Below are positions 55,601 through 64,000 of a stretch of 64,000 bases of DNA, one piece after another; positions within the stretch are counted from its first letter, which is position 1; each line of letters begins with the position of its first letter. Under the pieces are notes generated by a model. The model searched no databases, was not told the DNA's origin, and was given only the letters and a program-made list of their open reading frames with translations. Source of the DNA: Macrostomum lignano (lineage: Eukaryota); the NCBI GenBank assembly GCA_002269645.1, contig NIVC01002188.1, positions 91,357 to 155,356 on the forward strand, in the 5' to 3' direction. Position numbers and translations under genes: made by a program.

Positions 55601-56201
55601 GTTAAACCTTATAATAATAGTTAAACCTTATTATTCATAATAGTATCTCATTTACTTTTTGATTCATTTTTAACTCAAATAAGTTTTTCTTTAATGATTT
55701 GCATCATTGTATACTTAAAATTTAGGCTATTTATTAAATTATAATTTATGGAAATAAATAGACCTTATAGCTATATATACTAAAATAACAGCCAATTGTA
55801 TACTAATAATACTAATGTAATGGCCAACTTACTATTGACTAATCTAGAGTTCCTATGTTATAAATCTTAGGCCTATATGATCTCAAATGTGGTATATAAT
55901 TTATGAATTTTATTTTTTTATAAAATTTTACTGGTCAAACTAGACAAAAATGCATAGGCCTAAGTATGCAAGACAATTATTGTATTGCTAGGGCCTAGTT
56001 ATATGCCATAAATTGTCAACTAGCAAAAATGTCAACTTGCCTGTCTTCATAGACTGCAATTATTCCTGTTTCTTTTGGTAAAATAGCAAAGTCATTTAGT
56101 GGATCACCAGAAACTAATTTCTCAATGCGAAAAATAAGCTCCGGTTTACGAAACTTTGAATTCGATGCTTGACTTGTGTTTCTTTGAACTGCAGTGGACA
56201 T
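34687..56201 (-). CDS. WDFY2: WD repeat and FYVE domain-containing protein (WDFY1/2 orthologue), 5 exons, 412 aa
   Basis: Exons 56041-56201 (..RKPELIFRIE..ILPKETGIIAVYEDR), 42675-42742 (SVRVLLRRDNGQFWPSV), 41776-42073 (SEFSLAEDYN..AHNGRVT), 37363-37657 (KGHSAAVTDLAWD..VIMWDIGG) and 34687-35103 (FYVE: ETPSWSESDVCSKC..PFFWN..RQHHCRRCG..RVCDDC). Total 1239 nt with matching phases. Intron 1 has a GC donor. Confidence 0.93.
35170..37245. repeat. 23-24-bp minisatellite (aatttacatcactaattccccctc)n filling WDFY2 intron 4
   Basis: About 2.1-kb array. Confidence 0.97.
37732..38096. mobile_element. CACTA/EnSpm-like MITE (CAC...GTG) with TTGACTGC subterminal motifs
   Basis: Inverted ends cacgacaattgactgccacaat / attgtggcagtcaattgtcgtg, sitting in the edge of the 20-bp array. 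There is no clean TSD. Confidence 0.6.
38100..41735. repeat. 20-bp minisatellite (atgatgctccagtgacccca)n filling WDFY2 intron 3
   Basis: About 3.6-kb array; a few units also occur at 37690-37731. Confidence 0.97.
42190..42450. repeat. Degenerate 97-bp tandem repeat (3 copies), each with TGACGTCA
   Basis: TGACGTCA at 42214, 42311 and 42408, followed by ttgtg(t/c)tgctaaaa in each copy. Confidence 0.65.
44046..44174 (+). pseudogene. F-box motif fragment (42 aa) inside the CACTA element
   Basis: MYALPCEMLTQIFGELDVQSLMQCAPRW matches the F-box pattern LPxE[ILM]LxxIFxxLDxxSLxxC. It is preceded by an acceptor-like ttgttgcag and then runs into repeat sequence and stops. Confidence 0.6.
44883..46229 (+). 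mobile_element. Intact mariner (Tc1/mariner, DD34D) transposon, 1347 bp
   Basis: Perfect 26-bp TIRs cgaggtgtatcccaaaagtaagtttc, TA duplication (44881-44882 and 46230-46231), inserted in the Chapaev-like transposase ORF. Confidence 0.97.
45064..46131 (+). CDS. Mariner transposase, 355 aa, uninterrupted
   Basis: HTH region, WVPHLL, VTGDETW, HHDNAPVH, YSPDLAPADF; 34 residues separate the 2nd and 3rd Asp. Confidence 0.96.
   Translation: MAASSSFSRYDVRSIIKFSVLSGKSTPEIHQELVRVLGEAAPFIQTVRKWVREIQEGRDCMEDKERSGRPRTATTDSNADRVMASVSEDNRRTCSELEELLGIPHSTVHRILTENLGLQKLFAKWVPHLLTDEQMEERVLVSRDCRRRVRREGDGFLGRMVTGDETWVYEWDPELKRQSAQWLPIRSVSPEKVRRKQGSLKVMHIIFFDIDGIILDWPVPVVTKVNAEYYRWVLQEKLRPAIRKKRPGLLERGVIFHHDNAPVHRARRVEELLGSWNWEILRHPRYSPDLAPADFYLFPKMKESLRGQRFGSEEQVNNSASSALRHLAIAGCRPAFEAWVRRWEKCVELGGRFVE
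48770..49650. repeat. Degenerate ~450-bp tandem units containing AGCCTTGACATCT and CTAACC motifs; the first unit begins at about 44115, before the Chapaev insertion
   Basis: The segment agcc(a)a..aat..taaactacatg recurs at about 44130-44175, 49040-49083 and 49498-49540, and attcccaaatgaatct..taacttcgacat recurs at about 48958 and 49390. Confidence 0.6.
49730..49950. repeat. 23-bp minisatellite (atgacgcttctatgattgtttac)n
   Basis: Tandem array inside the CACTA element. Confidence 0.85.
50311..51481 (+). pseudogene. Truncated CACTA/EnSpm (TnpD/Tnp2-like) transposase, N-terminal part only
   Basis: Exon 50311-51277 (acidic tract, LPRTVYKL, CSAC..CSRCG..FWVLDVKRQI). GT-AG intron 51278-51380. Exon from 51381 (GVLDVHSSVLYREF..DVSYTVAYMR, resembling the I.DI.DG.LY motif). 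It ends before the expected NTDG catalytic Asp. Confidence 0.65.
51478..51631. mobile_element. 154-bp MITE with ~60-bp TIRs
   Basis: aacctagggaatcacccggccgtttctattgg..gtaagtcgctattgg and its reverse complement. GCGC on both sides may be a 4-bp TSD or part of the TIR. Confidence 0.8.
51995..54018 (+). pseudogene. CACTA accessory gene (TnpA-like): Tudor/SH3-like segment, coiled coil, BEN-like domain; spliced and frameshifted
   Basis: Putative GT-AG introns near 52455-52557, 52740-52837 and 53213-53322. Segments RWFVLEFAED..GSQVQVVV..KRWPGVLV, a coiled coil (ELQRRTAQLQDADARANELQQQV) and LVRTLARTFFSDVQLTCLNVTGQK..WVLTGAVELLRNMATARR (BEN-like by eye). Confidence 0.5.
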
Positions 56202-57455
56202 ACTTTTTATTAAACCTAGAGTGGAGTCAATTAGAGAAGGTCAATTGATTAAATGACAATCGCCAAATTGCTTTAAACTAGAACGGATTTATCCACTTAT
56301 ATCAGAATTTTATATAAATGATCAGACAATACGATCATCAGAATTAATTGCCACCGGAAATCTAATAATCCGACAATTTTATATGCTTTCCTTTTTTCGT
56401 AGAAAAATAACACTTTAAAACTGTATACTCTGCAAAAAACTTACAATGCGGGGGCACTGTCGCTTTAAATTAAATAAATATTTACTATTTGTCAATAACT
56501 GTAGAATGTAGAACTAAATTGAAGTGTTTTCTGTAGTAGAGTTTATTTATTATTTGTTTAACTTTAGTACAGTGGAAATAATTTAAAAATTTTTCGCGCG
56601 CTCGACTTTGACAGCAGGACCAGCAGCAGCAGCAGCCGCACTGTACATCTTCTCATTTCCCTGGTATAAACACATTGTTAGCTGCTTGTTTAGCAGCTAA
56701 GAATTTTGTTTCGACATTGAATTCTCATGGAAATCTAAATTAATTGAGTTAGATAAAATGAAGTATTTGATGTGAATTTTGTGATGTGAATAGATGTTTT
56801 GACTGTTATGATGTGAGTGAAAGATTTTGAATAGTGAGTTAAATTGCTAAATTAAAATGACTGTATGCACTGGACATAGTTTTTTTAGATCAATGTTAAT
56901 TATAGCATTTGTAGCGTGCAATACAATTGCATAACATTACTGATTACATCTATATTGAGTTTTTAAAGCAGTAGCATTATGTTAGAACTCCAAATCCACT
57001 TTTAGTAATTTAATCAGAATTGAAAGCTCTAAGTCTTAAGCCTTGTTATAGTTTTTAAATGTTATCACTTTATATAAACATAAATTAGGCTTGATAATGT
57101 AGTTTTTGTGATTTTTAGCAAAAAAGCCATTACTTTTTTGCTACTTTACATTATATTATTAATTTATATTTTAGCTACATAAAGTAGCTCTCCACATTAT
57201 CTATTTTATCCAAATCCACAGGTAGCCAAGATGTATTTCTCAAAGGCATACAAAGGAACTAAAATGTTGATATCATAAAATTATATAACATGCAGTATTA
57301 TTAGTGCTTATAGTATTTTAAATAAAATATTTTTTATTTTAATTTGAATTGAATTGAATTGTTTTGCTGAATCCCATGGCATTGCAATTTAGATAAGCAA
57401 AATAATAAATGTTATAACTAATAATATTAACCATTTTAGCACTTACTACAAAGAG
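56202..57455. promoter_or_regulatory. Divergent (bidirectional) promoter / 5' region between WDFY2 and the zinc-finger gene
   Basis: Head-to-head start codons at 56201 (minus) and 57456 (plus). CpGs are retained at about 56260-56715. Confidence 0.45.
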
Positions 57456-59078
57456 ATGGAGTGTAATTATCCTGACACAAGCTCGCCAGAGCCTACTATG
57501 CAAGACAACTGCTGTGCCAACTGTTCAGACTGTCTCACAACCATTGGAACATTCAATTGCGGCAGCTTATCAGGTGTCATGCTATGCCAAGCTTGCACTG
57601 GGCCACAGATCTGCGATATCCTAACTGAGTTTGGCGCCTGTCAGACAATGTCGCAGCTCGAACAGCCATCTGCCAAAACTCAACTTGCCTGTCTGCTCTG
57701 CCCTTGGTTAACTCTGTTCAGCTCTTCTATGGCTTACTTGGAGCACTACATCTCTGTTCACGAAGCTGAAGTGGCTGGTGATGACGAGGCTCTGGCTATG
57801 GCGGCGGCTGTGGAGTCTGTGTCAATTGATGAAGACTTTTTGCCGCCTCTGCTCACTGATTGGGAACTGGTGAGGCCGATGGTTGGAATTGGCCAATGCT
57901 TCCCTTAATGACCAACTTAAATCCTAACTGATGCAATGTCCGTTGCGATACTATCTTTGGGTCTAGACTCTTGATCCACATAAATAATTATCATTCGCAA
58001 GAGATTTGTGGGCAGCCTTGCGCGACATTGTGCCACAAGCAGTGCTGAAAAAAATTCTGCTAGCTCCTTAGCATTGACCCACAATCTACCCTCAGCTTGA
58101 CCCACAGTCAACCCTCAGCTTGACCCACAGTCAACCCTCAGCTTGACCCACAGTCAACCCTCAGCTTGACCCACAATCTACCCTCAGCTTGACCAACAAT
58201 CTACCCTCAGCTTGACCCACAATCTACCCTCAGCTTGACCCACAATCTACCCTCAGCTTGACCCACAATCTACCCTCAGCTTGACCCACAATCTACCCTC
58301 AGCTTGACCCACAATCTACCCTCAACCTACCCTCACAATCTACCCTCAGCTTTACCCACAATCTACCCTCAACCTACCCTCACAATCTACCCTCAGCTTG
58401 ACCCACAATCTACCCTCAGCTTGACCCACAACCTACCCTCACAATCTACCCTCAGCTTGACCCACAATCTACCCTCAGCGTGACCCACAATCTACCCTCA
58501 GCTTTACCCACAATCTACAGTACATCTCTATCCGGTGCACATTCCAGTTTTCAGCCCTACCAGACCAGCCGCAGGCCGCCACTATCGAGGTCAGCGACAA
58601 TCGTAACTTTCAGGCCGCGCCGCCAGCATCCGTCATCAACGAAGCGCTTGGCGTTCGATCCAGCCAATCAAAACGCGGCAGCCACGTGTGCAAAGTGTGC
58701 GGCCGGGGCTTCCGTCTCACCTGGCGCTTCGAGTTGCACACCAAGGCGGCCAGATGCCGGCCCGGAAGCCGGCAGCCTCGCTCGGCCAGTGGCCGAGGCA
58801 GCTACAGACGAAAAGCAGTGGGCGAAGATCGCACCTGCCTCACCTGCGGCAAGGTGTTCGCTAACAGTATGAATTTGCACAGGCACGAATTGATCCACGC
58901 CGGCATCCGGCCGCACCGCTGCCACCTGTGCGGCAAAGGCTTCGTACAGAAGACTCAACTAACTGCTCATTTGAATTCGCACAGCGGCGCCAGGCCCTAC
59001 AAATGTCGCCTGTGCGGCAGCGCGTTCTCAGATCGGTCCACCTACAGCAAGCACGTGCGGCGTCACTCCCAGGAGTGA
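57456..59078 (+). CDS. C2H2 zinc-finger protein (2 coding exons seen)
   Basis: Exon 57456-57869 (Cys-rich N-terminus, CLLC..HYISVH finger, donor CTG|gtgagg). Exon from 58521 or 58548 (both phase 0) to 59078 with CKVC..H....C, CLTC..HELIH, CHLC..HLNSH and CRLC..HVRRH fingers and GIRPH/GARPY linkers. Confidence 0.8.
58080..58515. repeat. 23-bp minisatellite (acccacaatctaccctcagcttg)n
   Basis: Array in the zinc-finger gene intron. Confidence 0.93.
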
Positions 59079-59714
59079 TTCATCTTCTAGTAGAACAGTT
59101 TCTGGTAGCAATTCAAGTTTATCTTCCTCAAAGCTAATGTTTCAATAAGCAATTCAGGAGAAGTCGCTTTAGTATATTACTAGTAGTAGGGGCTGAATGA
59201 TTTTGTTGTTTTTTGTTAGAAATTTTGTGAAATTATAGTTAGTTTTGCATTCAGTTTTATGTTGCTTGTGCTGTTAAATTTCCCTCTCGAGCGAGAGCTT
59301 TGGTCTATTTTCTATTTTTGTTTCGTTTTTCCCTGTTCTGTGACAGCGTTTGCTTTTATTAACGATGTGCTTTCCTTTTTTGTGTTTTATTTTTGTTTTC
59401 TTTCATTTTATATACAACAAAAAGTAACAGAAAATTTGCATGTTTATCGTTTCCTGAGACAAATGATTGTTCTTAGCTCGTATCTTGATTCAGTTGAGAT
59501 CTGCTTTCTCGCGATAACGTTGCTTTGTTACTAATTTTTTAGTTGCTTGGTATTGTATTTTTTCTGTTATTTTTTCAACTAGATTACATAAATACACCGG
59601 TTCACCGATGCATTTGCCTTGCTTGTTCTTGACGCGTTTGTTCATGTATGGAAATACGATTTACTGATTATGGATTGGTCACATTTGTCTGTATTTTTAT
59701 AGTCTCTGATTGTT

Positions 59715-60290
59715 GCTGTGATCAATGGGTCAGGTAGGAGGTGGGTCATGCTGACGTCAGGTAGGAAGTGGGTCATGCTGAGGTCAGGTAGGAAGTGGGT
59801 CATGCTGAGGTCAGGTAGGAGGTGGGTCATGCTGAAGTCAGGTAGGAAGTGGGTTATGCTGACGTCAGGTACATGTTGGAGGTGGGTCATGCTGAGGTCA
59901 GGTAGGAGGTGGGTCATGCTGAGGTCAGGTAGGAAGTGGGTCATGCTGAGGTCAGGTAGGAGGTGGGTCATGCTGAGGTCAGGTAGGAAGTGGGTCATGC
60001 TGAGGTCAGGTAGGAAGTGGGTCATGCTGAGGTCAGGTAGGAAGTGGGTCATGCTGAGGTCAGGTAGGAGGTGGGTCATGCTGAGGTCAGGTAGGAGGTG
60101 GGTCATGCTGGTGTCAGGTAGGAGGTGGGTCATGCTGGTGTCAGGTAGGAGGTGGGTCATGCTGGTGTCAGGTAGGAGGTGGGTCATGCTGAGGTCAGGT
60201 AGGAGGTGGGTCATGCTGAGGTCAGGTAGGAGGTGGGTCATGCTGGTGTCAGGTAAATGTTGGAGGTAAGTCATGCTGGTGTCAGCTACA
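59715..60290. repeat. 27-bp minisatellite (ggtaggaggtgggtcatgctgaggtca)n
   Basis: Tandem array; source of the MTHLLPDLS / RSGRRWVML ORFs. Confidence 0.95.
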
Positions 60291-61009
60291 TGTTGGAAGT
60301 ATGTCTCTCCAGGTGGTATAGTTTCCAGACGTGTCTGACCCGTAACGAAATATTTATTTTTGCGCTCTAAAATAGAGCGCAGCCGTCAGTGCTCAAAATA
60401 GGTTAAAATAAATCAGCATTGGAGGCTCCTTTGTCGGAAAAAAACTTTGATGGAAAGTGAGTGGCACTGCAGTGTCGGAAAGTGTTTGATGGTCTGTCCG
60501 CTTGTCAATATACCGAATCAGTGCTGGTGGCTGAGGGTTTATCAAAACTATAGCTTTGGTCACCTTGGGGGAATGCAATTTGCTCTCTCGTGGCTTCAAG
60601 CGCAACCAACTCCGTCTGTTGAATTTGTAAAGTGCAGCAAGCAGAGCCATCAGATTTGGCCGGATTCCGTGCCAAAGGCGAATTGCTACAAAAATTTGCC
60701 TCTCGGCAAGAGTAACAAACACAATTGTTTAAACAAAGGAATGTGTCTCAACTCGACAGACAAATTATGCAAATAAGCACTAAAACTATGGCGCTCGCAG
60801 TTTGAACTTTTGTCTGCCTATAATTTTATCTGACTCGATCTACATGCAATGCAAGCTATACGCCCATTGTGTTTGCCATTCGTGATTAAACAGCACGGGC
60901 TCTGGGGGACCCATGTGGGTGGTGAGCTCTATAAATTCGGGTCGATATGATGCCGCAGCGAAGGTACGAAAGCTCAGCCGTTCGATCTCATTCGAGACTC
61001 AGAGTGAGC

Positions 61010-63099
61010 ATGTCACGTGACATAATCCACCTGAAGTTTCTGCAAATGCTGCCGCTCCTGATGCTGCTGCTACCTCTTCTGCTGCTGCCGCGAATGTCAA
61101 CGCCGCCCTGAGCGCGAGCCAGAAGACAGAGTTTGTGAACATCCACAACCGGCTGAGGGAGGCCGTGTATCCCAGGGCTACCAAGATGAACTTTTTGGTA
61201 ATTTCAGAGTGAATTTCAAGAGAGCTTACTGAATAGTTGCAACTTAAAGACTTGTGATTTGTAGCTTGTGCCACTTTTAGTTTGTGTCACTTGTAGCTTG
61301 TGTCACTTGTAGCTTGTGTCACTTGTAGCTTGTGTCACTTGTAGCTTGTGTCACTTGTAGCTTGTGTCATTTGTAGCTTGTGTCCCTTTTAGTTTGTGTC
61401 ACTTGTAGCTTGTGTCACTTGTAGCTTGTGTCACTTGTAGCTCGTCATCACTTGTAGCTCGTGTCACTTGTAGCTTGTGTCATTTGTAGCTTGTGTCATT
61501 TGTAGCTTATGTCACTTGTAGCTTGTGTCATTTGTAGCTTGTGTCACTTTTAGCTCGTGTCACTTGTAGCTTGTGTCATTTGTAGCTTGTGTCACTTGTA
61601 GCTTGTGTCACTTGTAGCTCGTGTCACTTGTAGCTCGTGTCACTTGTAGCTTGTGTCAGTTGTAGCTTGTGTCACTTGTAGCTTCGTGTCACTTGTAGCT
61701 CGTGTCATTTGTAGCTTGTGTCACTTGTAGTTGTGTCACTTGTAGCTTGTGTCACTTGTAGCTCGTGTCACTTGTAGCTCGTGTCACTTGTAGCTTGTGT
61801 CACTTGTAGCTTGTGTCACTTGTAGCTCGTGTCACTTGTAGCTCGTGTCACTTGTAGCTTGTGTCACTTTTAGTTTGTGTCATTTACAGTATGTCAGTTG
61901 TAGCTTGTGTCATTTGTGTCACTTTTAGTTTGTGTCACTTGTAGCTTGTGTCACTTGTAGTTTGTGTCACTTGTAGCTTGTGTCAGTTGTAGCTTGTGTC
62001 ACTTGTAGCTTGTGTCATTTATGTCAGTTGTAGCTTGTGTCATTTGTGTCACTTTTAGTTTGTGTCACTTGTAGCTTGTGTCACTTGTAGTTTGTGTCAC
62101 TTGTAGCTTGTGTCACTTGTAGCTTGTGTCACTTGTAGCTTGTGTCATTTATGTCAGTTGTAGCTTGTGTCATTTGTGTCACTTTTAGTTTGTGTCACTT
62201 GTAGCTTGTGTCACTTGTAGCTTGTGTCACTTGTAGCTTGTGTCACTTGTAGCTCGTGTCACTTGTAGCTCGTGTCACTTGTAGCTCGTGTCACTTGTAG
62301 CTTGTGTCACTTGTAGCTCGTGTCACTTGTAGCTTGTGTCATTTGTAGCTTGTGTCACTTGTAGCTTGTGTCACTTGTAGCTTGTGTCACTTGTAGCTCG
62401 TGTCACTTGTAGCTTGTGTCACTTGTAGCTCGTGTCACTTGTAGTTTGTATCACTTGTAGCTTGTGTCAGTTGTAGCTTGTGTCACTTGTAGCTTGTGTC
62501 ACTTGTAGCTTGTGTCATTTGTAGCTTTGTGTCACTTGTAGCTCGTGTCACCTGTAGCTTGTGTCATTTGTAGCTTGTGTCACTTGTAGCTTGTGTCACC
62601 TGTAGCTTGTGTCACTTGTAGCTCGTGTCACTTGTAGCTCGTGTCACTTGTAGCTCGTGTCAGTTGTAGCTTGTATCACTTGTAGCTGGTGTCACTTGTA
62701 GCTTGTGTCACTTGTAGCATTCCTGCCTCCTACCCCCGCGCGCAGACGTGGAACACTCGCCTGGAGTCGCTGGCCCAGGCGGCATCGGAGAAGTGCAAAT
62801 TTGAGCACTATTACGGCGGGGACTACGAGGGCCTGGGGAGAACATCTACATGGGCTACCGGACCAACGTCAGCGAGATCACTCTGGCCTGGCACATTGAG
62901 AAGGCCATTTATAACTACACCGCGGCCTCCTGCAACCCTGCAGGGAAGCTGACCACCTGTGGCCACTATAAACAGCTCATCAGTGACGGCGTGCTTGAGG
63001 TTGGCTGCGGTCACTACGTCTGTTCGGGCAGCAATTTGGTGTTTTGCGAGTACAGCTCCGGGAGCAAGGTGTACACATCGGGAGGCTCGCCTGCTCCAA
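61010..63099 (+). CDS. Secreted CAP/SCP (CRISP/PR-1/PI16-like) protein; frameshifted in this sequence, 3' end beyond the seen exons
   Basis: Exon 61010-61197 (Leu-rich signal peptide, then LSASQKTEFVNIHNRLREAVYPRATKMNFL). Exon 62746-63099 (TWNTRLESLAQ..CKFEH..GENIY..WHIE..CGHYKQL..VGCG..VFCEY). Apparent 1-nt deletions near 61087, 62836 and 63088. Confidence 0.8.
61250..62717. repeat. 16-bp minisatellite (gtagcttgtgtcactt)n filling the CAP gene intron
   Basis: About 1.45-kb array. Confidence 0.97.
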
Positions 63100-63149
63100 G
63101 TGAGTCACAAGCTACGGCAGAACCCTCAGATTCACAGAGACCTTAAAAG

Positions 63150-64000
63150 ACTCCAAACACCCCAGAATCACCAAACACCTACAAGAATCACCAAACACCC
63201 CTAAGAATCACCAAACACCTACAAGAAGCACCAAACACCCCTAAGAATCACCAAACACCTACAAGAAGCACCAAACACCCCTAAGAATCACCAAACACCC
63301 ACAAGAATCACCAAACACCAACAAGAATCACCAAACACCCACAAGAATCACCAAACACCTACAAGAATCACCAAACACCCACAAGAATCACCAAACACCT
63401 ACAAGAATCACCAAACACCCACAAGAATCACCAAGCACCTACAAGAATCACCAAACACCTATAAGAATCACCAAACACCCTAAGAATCACCAAACACCTA
63501 CAAGAAGCACCAAACATCCAAAATAATCACCAAGCACCTACAAGAAGCACCAAACACCCACAAGAATCACCAAACACCCCAAGAATCACCAAACACCTAC
63601 AAGAATCACTAAACACCCATAAGAATCACCAAACACCTACAAGAATCACCAAACACTCATAAGAATCACCAAACACCTACAAGAATCACCAAACACCCAT
63701 AAGAATCACCAAACACCTACAAGAATCACCAAACACCCCTAAGAATCACCAAACACCTACAAGAACACCAAACATCCAAAATAATCACAAAGCACCTACA
63801 AGAAGCACCAAACACCCACAAGAATCACCAAACACCCCCAAGAATCACCAAACACCTACAAGAATCACTAAACACCCATAAGAATCACGCAAACACCTAC
63901 AAGAATCACCAAACACCCATAAGAATCACCAAACACCTACAAGAATCACCAAACACCCATAAGAATCACCAAACACCTACAAGAATCACCAAACACCCCT
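63150..64000. repeat. 20-bp minisatellite (ccaaacacctacaagaatca)n
   Basis: Array running off the window end. Confidence 0.97.

Overview
This is eukaryotic (animal) genomic DNA with spliceosomal introns and many minisatellite-filled introns. The style suggests a free-living flatworm such as Macrostomum, but that is inference only. Four host genes can be reconstructed by hand. (1) A 10-exon Cys-loop ligand-gated anion-channel subunit (minus strand, 9970->1990, 489 aa). (2) WDFY2 (minus, 56201->34687, 5 exons, 412 aa), whose first intron is a 13.3-kb GC-AG intron. (3) A C2H2 zinc-finger gene (plus, 57456->59078), divergent from WDFY2. (4) A CAP/SCP-domain secreted protein (plus, 61010->63099 and beyond, frameshifted in this sequence). 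The mobile content is rich. A LOA-like LINE (17358-22737) has a TAATG ORF1/ORF2 overlap, and an Ingi-like LINE (26358-30782) has a 2A/StopGo peptide and a PHD finger; both sit inside minisatellites. There are also several MITEs. WDFY2 intron 1 holds a triple nest. The outer layer is an 11.6-kb CACTA/EnSpm-like element with an F-box fragment, a truncated transposase and a BEN-like gene. Inside it is a RAG1-related Chapaev/N-RAG-TP-type transposon with CAC ends, a 5-bp TSD, long TIRs carrying the RSS heptamer, and a reconstructable 671-aa transposase. Inside that is an intact DD34D mariner. Most entries in the supplied ORF track are artefacts of tandem repeats or of GC-rich antisense frames.
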